This document shows, in pieces, positions 28,336 through 37,088 of a DNA stretch of 64,000 nucleotides (within the stretch, counting starts at the first letter, position 1; the number at the start of each line of letters is the position of its first letter). Location: contig JAHEIW010000006.1 in NCBI GenBank assembly GCA_024639185.1, positions 10,647-74,646 of the forward strand, given 5' to 3'. Source of the DNA: Deltaproteobacteria bacterium. GTDB taxonomy: Bacteria > Desulfobacterota > Desulfobacteria > Desulfobacterales > JAHEIW01. Below the pieces are notes generated by a model. That model was not told the DNA's origin. It saw nothing but the letters and a program-made list of their open reading frames with translations, and did not search any database. The translations under genes were made by a program, and so were the position numbers.

Positions 28336-28632
28336 TTAGTTCTTCCGCCTGTCAACAGGTTTTCTCAATTCCCGCTGCGCTTCTGCACAGTCACAATGTC
28401 CGCCGATCGCCTCTATATAATACATGCAGCGATCCCCAACCGTCGATTTATGCGCGTATTTGCACCTTTTTTGATCATTCCAAACCGCACCTGCGCTGCA
28501 GTGGGACATGACGCCTGGAACGCAGTAATTCGTTCTGACCAGCCCGAGATCGGGTTTATCCTCGAGCAGCAAGCAATTGTTTTTTTTATTCGGTAACCAT
28601 TTCGTCATTTTAAATGCAATCCCGGGGACCAC
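28336..28632 (-). CDS. Small Cys-rich hypothetical protein
   Basis: 8 Cys in about 90 aa (NYCVPGVMSHCSAG...KRCKY...DRCMYYIEAIGGHCDCAEA). The start is either GTG at 28632 or ATG at 28608. Confidence 0.45.
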   Translation of the reverse strand: MVPGIAFKMTKWLPNKKNNCLLLEDKPDLGLVRTNYCVPGVMSHCSAGAVWNDQKRCKYAHKSTVGDRCMYYIEAIGGHCDCAEAQRELRKPVDRRKN

Positions 28633-29138
28633 CGGTGTGTCATCCGGTTTACGATTGGGGTGCCGATCATGTCCCCTATTGATAGATTTATAAACATTAT
28701 TAAACGGTTAATTGTGAAGCAGCTCAACGCATGTAAACGGCTTCACGGCATCTTGTATCATCAACCCGGAGCGCGGATGTTTGATCTGAATCAAAGGACG
28801 GCTCATATCCGTAAACCGTTGACACCGGGTCCCGGCCACGGATACCACGGCAGAAAATGTCGCTGTCGCTTGCGCTCGATCATCATTGCTGATGCCAGCC
28901 AAATCGGCTGTCAGAAGAACCATACACGGGAGTGCTGGTTTAACACGGATACCATGCGTCAATATGGTTATCGGAATTTTAAAGAGACAAATAATAGGAT
29001 TGAGGTTACACTAGTCAAATCGATCATCAGGATCGTCGCGCGGAGGTTTAGAAGTCGAAGATAGGATGAAGTAAGTTGAATTTTATAAAATTAGCTGCTT
29101 GAATTACCTCAACTAAAGATGCATTTTTTAGATAGCTT

Positions 29139-29447
29139 TTAGCGTTTGTCGTAGAACACAGTGCGTCTCTCTTTGCCCGCCTGGCGTTTTTTGTTAAGTA
29201 TTCTTCTGCGATCGGCACCGCTGCGGCGATCGTACTGTAGCCGTCTTTCGGGTCGATGCTGCCTCTCGGCAGACCGCCGGCGTTCCGAGCCGCAACGGGT
29301 GCCGCCGTTATCGATAAAGGCTATTAGATTATCCAGGCTGCTCATGGTGCTAATTTCGGGTATCGAATGATCGGTATTGATGCATAATGCTTTGATATAA
29401 CTATCATAAATCCTTAGGCTGCGCTTGGCAAGGTTTAAATTGCCCAA
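29139..29447 (-). CDS. Small (D/E)RR-repeat protein
   Basis: TRCGSERRRSAERQHRPERRLQYDRRSGADRRRILNKKRQAGKERR. Shares RCx(2)(D/E)RR and (D/E)RRSGx(D/E)RRR with 9071..9367. Confidence 0.5.
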   Translation of the reverse strand: MGNLNLAKRSLRIYDSYIKALCINTDHSIPEISTMSSLDNLIAFIDNGGTRCGSERRRSAERQHRPERRLQYDRRSGADRRRILNKKRQAGKERRTVFYDKR

Positions 29448-29452
29448 TGGTT

Positions 29453-29875
29453 TTATTTGTTTTCGGTCGCATAGCCGGCCATTGTCCAGGCCGCCCAGCC
29501 GCCCTGGAGCGCAAAAACCTTTGGGTATCCAATTTCGATGAAGTAGCGTGCCACCCGGGCACTGGTACCCTCATTTTTTCAGGCACAATACAGAATGAGG
29601 GTTTTGCCTTTCGCATACTTTGGGGCCCATTGTGCTACAGCTTTGGGATCTTCGCGAATCGCCTGGGCGATTTTTGATGTGCTTCGCCACCATGACGCGG
29701 CCGTGCGCACATCGATGAAAATTACATCCGGCTTGCCATGCACCTGGTTTGCCTGCTCAATGGAAATGCGGGGTACGCCGGTTGAAGCGGCTGTGGCTGC
29801 TGTCCAGTTGAGTGCCGAAGCGGCCGTCAGGGCAAACAAAAAGCAGCTAACAACAAAAAGCATTCGAGTTTTCAT
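29453..29875 (-). CDS. Secreted single-domain rhodanese, candidate selenoprotein (in-frame UGA at 29579-29581)
   Basis: Signal peptide MKTRMLFVVSCFLFALTAASA, with rhodanese N-half ...DVIFIDVRT...KTLILYCA. After the TGA the same frame continues KNEGTSARVARYFIEIGYPKVFALQGGWAAWTMAGYATENK*, which supplies the missing active-site loop and the GGxxxW end of the fold. Confidence 0.6.
29541..29570 (-). promoter_or_regulatory. SECIS-like hairpin downstream of the in-frame UGA
   Basis: The RNA GGGUACCAGUGCC-CGGGU-GGCACGCUACUU starts 9 nt after the UGA. It has a 5-bp GC upper stem, a bulged A, a lower stem of about 5 bp including G-U pairs, and an apical loop containing GGU 22-26 nt from the UGA. Confidence 0.45.
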
Positions 29876-30235
29876 AGCGGAACCTTGCAATGGTGACGGT
29901 TTATAGTGGTTGTGTGCGATAGTTAATTGTGGCTGGATGTATTCTATAGATTGAATTTGATTAGGTCAATATTTTGAGTGCGCTGATGATAAGCTGCGGT
30001 GGACCCTCTCGCAGCCGCCCTATCTGGGAAATGGCCCCTGGTGTCCGTTCGACCCGCTCAATCTCAATGCGGACCAAAAAAGTAGGGGCGGCTCACAATG
30101 AACCGCCCCCTCCCTAAGGAATTATACCAAACAGCGTGCCCGCCTGCACACTGTTAGGTTATATATCGGTATTTCTTTATAAAACTTTACCTCGAATCTT
30201 TAATTATGAATTATTTTAGATTGTTAGGTTGGAAT

Positions 30236-30433
30236 TTAATTTCGCATGGCTTCAATCTTGACAAACTCTTTTTTTTCGCGGCAGTACCACTGATGCGGAC
30301 CGATACTCTGATACTCTCCGTCAGATAGGTCAATAATGCGTTGGGCAAAAGCCAGTGCCTGCTGCTTGTCGGGAAAAAGATTCCGGAGGGTTCCAATGTG
30401 TTTGCCATATTCAACAACGCAAATCATGATCAC
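30236..30433 (-). CDS. Small hypothetical protein (65 aa)
   Basis: AAGGA RBS about 12 nt upstream. No recognisable motif. Confidence 0.45.
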   Translation of the reverse strand: MIMICVVEYGKHIGTLRNLFPDKQQALAFAQRIIDLSDGEYQSIGPHQWYCREKKEFVKIEAMRN

Positions 30434-30812
30434 TTCATCCTTTCACCCCGAGGGGCTTTGGCCTCCATCAAGCAAATCCGATGCAGCCCCCGGGGTGAGC
30501 TAAGCCCCGGGGGCATTGAAAGGAGGAGCGTCCCGCTGGATTTGGAGCTTGGGGACGGATGCCACATGGCGCCAACTGTCCGGGCACACATGTGAACTGA
30601 TCTATTGAATATTCAACTTTCATGCCAAATGGATTTGACGGCCAAATGTCCCCAAGAGATAGTGTCGGTAAGCGCCTGGCAGGGGTGGCCAAAAGGATTT
30701 GCGCAGAAACAGGTCACAGCTGTCAAATTTTTGACCGCCCTGGCCGTTGATTGTTTGCTTGACATTGCCGCAGGACGGGGATATCAGAAAATGAAAACGG
30801 AAAGAAAACAGA

Positions 30813-31088
30813 ATGGACCCTATCTTAAATTGGCCGGTAGAAGTTTGGAAGACCTCTAGTGTTTGGGCCTCGACCCAACCGACATTTTTACAAGTCGCCA
30901 TCGGTATGGGCTTGTTTTACTTGGTTTTGCAGCTATGGCGTCTGTTTTATCGCACCAGTGTTTACATTGTAACCGGTCTGTTCGCCGGTCGTGGCCGGCC
31001 GAAGACAAAAAAGGATCTCAAATCACCCAACCGCCCGAAAAAACATGTCACCATGGATGATGACGCCCCTCCGTTTGTATTTAGATAA
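30813..31088 (+). CDS. Possible small membrane protein (91 aa)
   Basis: Hydrophobic segment FLQVAIGMGLFYLVLQLWRLFY...IVTGLFAG, then a basic tail. No clear RBS. Confidence 0.3.
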   Translation: MDPILNWPVEVWKTSSVWASTQPTFLQVAIGMGLFYLVLQLWRLFYRTSVYIVTGLFAGRGRPKTKKDLKSPNRPKKHVTMDDDAPPFVFR

Positions 31089-31303
31089 GCAGTTTGCCAG
31101 ACGGCTCGCCGGCGATCCTGCTTTTCATCAAATGATTCAACCTGGACTCCCCGCATCCTTCCTGTTAAGAGCTTTTTGCGCCTGTTAACGTCATGTCCGC
31201 TGAGGACCCTGCAAGCGGCAATTTCTGCCGCAAACCCACCTCATTTGCCGTCGACCCTCTGGTGAAAACCTGATGCGTGCCAGTTGACATTTTAGGGCAA
31301 AAT

Positions 31304-31324
31304 AATTGACGATAATTGTCAATT
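31304..31324. promoter_or_regulatory. Palindrome AATTGAC-N7-GTCAATT, candidate enhancer-binding-protein site
   Basis: Perfect 7-bp arms, about 75 bp upstream of the sigma-54-like promoter. Confidence 0.35.
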
Positions 31325-31395
31325 TTGCACATTTTATGAGTTCGGATAAACTTATAAATTATTGAAATTTATGTAAATTAAAATATCATCAAGTT

Positions 31396-31411
31396 TGGCA
31401 CAGATATTGTA
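31396..31411 (+). promoter_or_regulatory. Sigma-54-type (-24/-12) promoter candidate
   Basis: TGGCAC-agata-TTGTA has the correct GG-N10-G(C/T) spacing (TTGT instead of TTGC). It lies 176 nt upstream of the rod-protein-like gene. Confidence 0.45.
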
Positions 31412-31585
31412 TCTCAAATTGAGAAAATAAAATATGCATAAAACTTCCCAGATGTACGTGCATCTTCTTATTCGGGCTCTCACAACCATACATGATGGAG
31501 TATGTTCCGGTTGGAATAACGGCATTTAGGGAAGTTTTAATTTTTTTGCAGAACGCTAGCGAATCTTTACGATTTTGGGGGGCAA

Positions 31586-31939
31586 ATGATTTCAGCATTA
31601 AACGGCACCATGTCCGCTTTAAGCGCTTTTGTTACCAAACTGGGGGTTACGGCTGACAACATTGCCAACGTCAATACGGATGGATTTAAACGCAATCGCG
31701 CTGTCCTTCATGAAGATTACAATGGCGGCGTTCGGGTGGACATTAAAAAAGATGAAAGCCCGGGTCTGCGTTATGATGTCATCGAAGACGGAAAAAAGGT
31801 TGAAAAAGAAACCTCCAATGTTGACCTGATCGAGGAGGTTCCGGATTTAATGGTCACCAAGCGCGCCTATCAGGCAAACTTAAAGACCATTGAGACCCAG
31901 GATGAGATGCTGGGTTCCCTCCTGGATATCGTCGGTTAA
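31586..31939 (+). CDS. Flagellar basal-body rod protein FlgB/FlgC-like, short orphan homologue
   Basis: N-terminal ADNIANVNTDGFKR and C-terminal SNVDLIEEVPDLMVTKRAYQANLKTIETQDEMLGSLLDI match the rod-protein terminal motifs. Only 117 aa. Confidence 0.75.
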   Translation: MISALNGTMSALSAFVTKLGVTADNIANVNTDGFKRNRAVLHEDYNGGVRVDIKKDESPGLRYDVIEDGKKVEKETSNVDLIEEVPDLMVTKRAYQANLKTIETQDEMLGSLLDIVG

Positions 31940-32480
31940 GCAATTACCAAAATTTTGTGCTTCTTTGCGCCTCTGCGACTTTGCGTGAGGCACATTTTGT
32001 CTTTTTTTTTCGGATTCGTTTTCAGATGTTATCTTTCCTGTTGCAACATCACGATCCACCCATTTATGCAATTCCTGAATGTGATACATTTCTTCAGCGA
32101 TAATTTTTTCCAGAAAATCAAGCGTTTCATCATTGGCGATAAACGGTCGCAGCATTTCAACGACCCGCTAATTTGTCTGTATTGACGTTTGTCGGTCTTT
32201 TGGTGCGCTCGTTTTGCAGGGTTGCTTTTCTTAAGATCCTATATTAAACAGCGGGCTGGCAACCGTATTTTTGGCTTTCTTTTTTTACTACAGATCCGGC
32301 CGCCATGCAAACAGGTCAAGGCGGGCGGGGGATTACAGCGAGCACCGACATGCCATTTGCACAAATTGTAAACTACCGGGTTTCTGAATTAATTTTCGCT
32401 GTGGGCGCTGTGTGCTCTGGGATTATATCATCGGCAATTGTTTGAATTCAAAGGCTGCAAGCTCAATTTATAGATAAGGA

Positions 32481-33374
32481 GTGTCATTGATGCCACCGAA
32501 AAAGTTCAAATCCAAGTCTCGATTTTTTATATCAGCCCAGGCTGATGCGGGTTCAGCGCGTCTGCTTGCTGAAACGCCGCAATCTCTATCATCTTCTTAT
32601 AAACTGGCCTACCAGGATGAGGAATTTATATTGCGGGATGAACTGCGCCCGGTGCGTTTGCAGCTGGAGCTGCTTAAGCCCGAGCTGATTTTACAGGAAA
32701 ACCATATTGAATCAACGGTGGTTATCTTCGGCAGCGCGCGCATTCCGGATCCGGCTACTGCCGAAGCCCGGCTGGTCTCAGCCGAAGCCGATTTTCGTAA
32801 CAATAAAAAAGATGCTACCCTCAAGCAAAAGGTGGAGATCGCACGGCGAGCGCTGGCCAACAGCAAGTATTATGAAGAAGCCCGCAAACTGGGCGGCCTT
32901 ATTTCCAGCAACACGGGTAAAGACAAATTGGTGGTGATCACCGGTGGGGGGCCGGGCATAATGGAAGCCGCCAACCGCGGCGCCCATGAAGCCGGCATAC
33001 CCAGTATCGGCATGAACATTGTACTGCCCTTTGAACAGGCCCCCAATCCGTATATCACCCCTGAATTAGCCTTTCAGTTTCACTATTTTGCGATTCGTAA
33101 AATGCATCTGCTGATGCGGGCCCGCGCCCTGGCGGTTTTCCCGGGAGGATTTGGCACCCTGGACGAGCTTTTTGAAACCATGACGTTGATTCAAACCCAG
33201 AAAGTCAAACCCATACCGGTTCTTTTATTTGGCCAAAAATTCTGGGAGCGCGTGATTAATTTTAATGCCCTGGTAGAAGAAGGCACCATCTCGTCCAAAG
33301 ATTTAGATTTATTTGAGTACGTTGAAACCGCTGAGGAGGCCTGGAAAATCATATCCCGGCTAAAAAGCGAATAA
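32481..33374 (+). CDS. LOG-family (TIGR00730) Rossmann-fold nucleotide-binding protein
   Basis: GGGPGIMEAANRG and FPGGFGTLDELFE motifs, with an N-terminal extension of about 90 aa. Confidence 0.85.
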   Translation: MSLMPPKKFKSKSRFFISAQADAGSARLLAETPQSLSSSYKLAYQDEEFILRDELRPVRLQLELLKPELILQENHIESTVVIFGSARIPDPATAEARLVSAEADFRNNKKDATLKQKVEIARRALANSKYYEEARKLGGLISSNTGKDKLVVITGGGPGIMEAANRGAHEAGIPSIGMNIVLPFEQAPNPYITPELAFQFHYFAIRKMHLLMRARALAVFPGGFGTLDELFETMTLIQTQKVKPIPVLLFGQKFWERVINFNALVEEGTISSKDLDLFEYVETAEEAWKIISRLKSE

Positions 33375-33466
33375 ATGATCTGCCGGGAAGGAGAGTCAGA
33401 TCCGATTGAGCAGATTGCCTGGCATCCCGCAAGATAGAATCTGCCCTCGGTCTGCTATCGGTGCAC

Positions 33467-33904
33467 TTATTTCAGTTGTTTGTTATATTCCATGTAAAAA
33501 TAGTATTGTTGTGATACATCCGCCAGCTTTTTCATCAGTTTGTCTTTTTCCGGTTTTGATGGACATCGCTTGATTTCGGCTTTCAGTGTTTCCATCTCTT
33601 TTTTTAACCTGACTTCTTCCGGTATGTAGCCCGCGTTTCTAATAACATGGTAGGCGGTGCGCAGGTGTTCCGGAATTTTTTGATATTTATCTAAATCCAG
33701 CGGCTTACCTTTACCTTCCAGATTATCGAAGGCGCCCTCGGACATGGCCTGTCGTATTTTAATTTCTACCGGATCCTCAAACTGATCGTCGGGCTGTTTA
33801 AACTTCTCATCGTGCAGATGCTCATATCGGGCTCTGGCCATTTCTCTGGTAAAAGCTTTACTGGGATGATTCCGCTTGCGTTTTTGGCGTTTTTTATCCG
33901 TCAT
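33467..33904 (-). CDS. DUF1992 (DnaJ-C28-like) domain protein
   Basis: IRQAMSEGAFDNLEGKGKPLDLD ... AYHVIRNAGYIPEEVRLKKE. Confidence 0.75.
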   Translation of the reverse strand: MTDKKRQKRKRNHPSKAFTREMARARYEHLHDEKFKQPDDQFEDPVEIKIRQAMSEGAFDNLEGKGKPLDLDKYQKIPEHLRTAYHVIRNAGYIPEEVRLKKEMETLKAEIKRCPSKPEKDKLMKKLADVSQQYYFYMEYNKQLK

Positions 33905-33987
33905 GGCTCACGCGCACAAATTGTTTTTTTAATCCAGGCTAGATGGGTTTCGATTATCCTGCAAGTCAAGCGCCCGCCAAACGGCGA

Positions 33988-34593
33988 TCAGGCCGAGCGC
34001 ATGCAATGTATCCAGCCCTCGTCTGCCATTTTCGTCAACTCACCGCTGCCGGTATAAATCGTGGTTTTTGCCGGTATGGTGGAGCCGAGGCGCTTGAGGC
34101 TAAAATGCATCAGCGACATGCTGCTGGGCCCCCAGATCTGGCCATAGCTTTTTTTTAGCAGGGTGCCGCCGCTAAACAGGGCATTGGCCGCTTTGATCCA
34201 ATAGCAGACAGAGCCCTTGGTATGGCCGGCCGTCAGCAAAACCCGGATCGTAAACGTCCCGAGTTTAAGGGTATCCTTATCATTCAGGATGCGGTCCGGT
34301 TCGGTATCGATGTCTGTTTCTTTAAGATGCTGATACTCGTATTCGTGCAGGCAAAAAGTTGCATCAAACTTTTGTTTGAGGCCGGGCAGCGCCTTTACGC
34401 GCGGTTGATGGGCATGTGTGACCAGCAGGTATTTCAAGGTCAGTCCCCTGTCTGCGATGATCCGGCTTACATCGTCGATTGCCTCGCCCACGTCAATTGT
34501 GGCCGCCTCGTTGCCACTGATCAACAGATATTGATTCTGGCCGGACGGCGCGCTGAAAGGCTGGACTTCCAAATTCCCTTTGTTTTTGGCCAT
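33988..34593 (-). CDS. Metallo-beta-lactamase-fold protein with degenerate metal motif
   Basis: LLVTHAHQPR sits where HxHxDH is expected. A later TAGHTKGS is present. Confidence 0.65.
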   Translation of the reverse strand: MAKNKGNLEVQPFSAPSGQNQYLLISGNEAATIDVGEAIDDVSRIIADRGLTLKYLLVTHAHQPRVKALPGLKQKFDATFCLHEYEYQHLKETDIDTEPDRILNDKDTLKLGTFTIRVLLTAGHTKGSVCYWIKAANALFSGGTLLKKSYGQIWGPSSMSLMHFSLKRLGSTIPAKTTIYTGSGELTKMADEGWIHCMRSA

Positions 34594-34766
34594 CAGAAAA
34601 TTTTCCTTCCCCGGGCGAATTGACCATCAGCGAGATCACATCAGCTCAAATTGACCCTTAGTGGGTAATGCTTACTGTATATCATATGACCGATCAAGGC
34701 TTCATTCAAATCGGTCCTGCTGAAACCGAGCGGTTGCCACCGTCATTCGGATACAAGGAGTCGCAG

Positions 34767-36482
34767 ATGGACTATGAAAATTTCCTGATCAATACGTATT
34801 TTGGCCGGCTGGATCCCGAACCGTTTAATCGCTTCAAAGATTTTGAATCCACTGAAACCACCCGGGGCATTATTGACAAATTTCTTGAAGCCAATTCGGA
34901 ATATCCGCCGTCCCTTCTGGAAGAGCAAGGGACTGTGCCGGCCGACTTAATGGCAAAACTGGGCCGTAACGGTTTTTTCGGCCTGACGATTCCCAGCGAA
35001 TACGGTGGGGTCGGACTCAGCCTTAACCAGTATCTGCATGTCGTCGAAACTTTGGCAAGTCAAAATATGTCCCTGGGGATCCTTGCCCTGGCGCATCTTT
35101 CGATCGGCATCAAAGGGATTGTGCTCTTTGGCAACCAAGCGCAGAAACGCAAATATCTGACTCCGGCTGCCAGCGGTGAAATGATTTTTTCGTATGCGTT
35201 GACCGAGCCCCAAACCGGATCAGATGCCCAAAACATCCAAACCGTTGCCAGCGAATCTGAAGATGGCCGCTATTACATATTGAATGGAACCAAGACTTAC
35301 ATTACCAATGCCAATTATGCCGGCGGGCTAACGGTATTTGCACAGATGGATCCGGCCCGGCCCGGTTTCATGGGCGCTTTTATTGTCGAAACCGACTGGG
35401 ATGGTGTCAAAATCGGCAAGGATATGCCCAAAATGGGGCTAAAGGCCAGCTCCACGGCCGCCATCCAATTTAAAGATGTCAAGGTTCCCCGTGAGAATTT
35501 GATCGGGCGGCCTGGTGATGGCTTTAAAATTGCGATGGTGATCCTGAATTATGGGCGCATGGCACTTGGAGCGGCATCGTCCGGCATGATGAAACAGTCG
35601 CTGGCGGATATGGCCGAGCGCTCCGCCGGCCGGATGCAGTTTGGCGTTCCGATCAATAAATTCGAGCTGATTCAGGAAAAAATGGTTAAAGCCAAAGTCC
35701 ACGGCTATGCGGCCGCTGCCATGACCGCCTTCACCGCCGGAATGCTTGAAGCCAACCCCACCGCTCTGGTGGCACTGGAAAGCTCGCATTGCAAATTGTT
35801 TGGCACCACCCGGGCCTGGGATACCATTTACGATGCCCTTCAGGTTGCCGGTGGCTCCGGCTATCTGACCACCCAGCCCTATGAAAATCGCATGCGCGAT
35901 TTTCGGGTGGCCACGATTTTCGAGGGGACAACCGAAATTCATTCGATGTACCCGGCTACATTTGCTCTACGAACGCTTGGCAAGCGCTTACAGGCGCAGA
36001 CATCCAGCAAGCTGCGTGTATTGATGACGCTGATCAAGGCGATGTTTCGGCGCAGCAACTGGTCTCTGGCATTTAATGACCCAAAGATGAACCGCGCCGC
36101 CCGTTTTGCCAGATCAAGTGCGCGTCGGATTCGTTTGATGATACTGGCGGGGTTCTTAATCCATGGACGTTCCATATCGCAAAAGCAATTTTTTCTGCGT
36201 CGCATCACCACCTTGAGCCTTTATCTTTACGGCATCATCACGATGTTGGCCAAAATTGAAGCCGCCCGAAAATCCGGTCGCAGCATCTCCGCCGACTTAG
36301 ATGTGTTGCTCTATTTTCTTGAAGAGGCCCGCCAGGCGCGCAAGCTCAATCGGCGGCTATTTGCCGTCCGCCAGGAACAGTTGCACCATCTAATTGCATC
36401 TGACATTATCAGTGGCAGAAAGCAGACAAACGCATATTCAGATGACATGGTGGGCGGGATGCAGGGGGCGGAAGTGTCTTAA
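34767..36482 (+). CDS. Long acyl-CoA dehydrogenase family protein
   Basis: AAGGAG RBS 7 nt before the ATG at 34767. ACAD blocks FSYALTEPQTGSDA, ITNANYAG and YENRMRDFRVATIFEGTTEI, with an extra C-terminal helical domain. Confidence 0.85.
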   Translation: MDYENFLINTYFGRLDPEPFNRFKDFESTETTRGIIDKFLEANSEYPPSLLEEQGTVPADLMAKLGRNGFFGLTIPSEYGGVGLSLNQYLHVVETLASQNMSLGILALAHLSIGIKGIVLFGNQAQKRKYLTPAASGEMIFSYALTEPQTGSDAQNIQTVASESEDGRYYILNGTKTYITNANYAGGLTVFAQMDPARPGFMGAFIVETDWDGVKIGKDMPKMGLKASSTAAIQFKDVKVPRENLIGRPGDGFKIAMVILNYGRMALGAASSGMMKQSLADMAERSAGRMQFGVPINKFELIQEKMVKAKVHGYAAAAMTAFTAGMLEANPTALVALESSHCKLFGTTRAWDTIYDALQVAGGSGYLTTQPYENRMRDFRVATIFEGTTEIHSMYPATFALRTLGKRLQAQTSSKLRVLMTLIKAMFRRSNWSLAFNDPKMNRAARFARSSARRIRLMILAGFLIHGRSISQKQFFLRRITTLSLYLYGIITMLAKIEAARKSGRSISADLDVLLYFLEEARQARKLNRRLFAVRQEQLHHLIASDIISGRKQTNAYSDDMVGGMQGAEVS

Positions 36483-36492
36483 GAAGCCAATT

Positions 36493-36805
36493 GAAAGTTA
36501 TCTTAAAAATGCATCTAACGCCCAAGTACTGCGTTTCCCCGATAAATCGGGACCACACATCTATTTTTATGAAGATTAAGATGTGCGTAAACCCGATTCA
36601 AAATGTTCGAATATCGCGGCAAGATGCCGCTCCCACCCATTATTGTGGATCTTATTGAATTCGATGACACTGATTATTACCTGGAGTGGGAGTGGCTTTT
36701 AGCCACGATTTTTATGCTCCACTTTTGAATCGGCCTGCGACGAGCTCAGCCGAGTCGTTTTTGCCTTGTCCTCGGACGTTATCTACTATTTTTAAGATAA
36801 CTTTC
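36493..36805. repeat. Nested palindromic MITE-like element
   Basis: Outer 18-bp inverted repeat GAAAGTTATCTTAAAAAT (36493-36510) / ATTTTTAAGATAACTTTC (36788-36805). Inner REP pair ATCGCGGCAAGATGCCGCTCCCAC (36613-36636) / GTGGGAGTGGCTTTTAGCCACGAT (36686-36709). Confidence 0.8.
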
Positions 36806-37088
36806 ACTGTCATTTTCTAATAAAAAAAACCAAATTAAAGTGGGTTGAACATCATTTTTTTTAAAGAGTTTGCTGTTGGCGGGCTCAACAGGCTCAACGG
36901 GCTTAACCGGATAACCGAGTGATCGAATGCTTGTCGGCCGGCCGGTTGCCTGATGCGTCCGTGGTTGCAGGCAAAGACAGTGATTATTCATTTACAGGTA
37001 AGGATTTAATGGTTATCATGATGAGGTTGATCGATAACAGGTAACGATTCATGCGGACGAGGCCCAAGCGGGCTGAAGGGAGGCAACG

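Noticed and set aside
28660-29064. ORFs 28660..29064 (+) and 28708..28962 (-) between the RR-repeat gene and the Cys-rich gene
   Set aside because: Neither frame has a convincing RBS, motif or composition, and they overlap each other. I could not decide on coding status. The ~490-bp gap may hold an unrecognised small gene or a UTR.
30487-30513. Perfect 9-bp GC hairpin CCCCCGGGG-N9-CCCCGGGGG as a terminator
   Set aside because: It has no U-tract on either strand. It lies in the presumed 5' region of the 65-aa gene, and its role is unknown. It shares the CCCCCGGG core with the terminator at 28254-28285.
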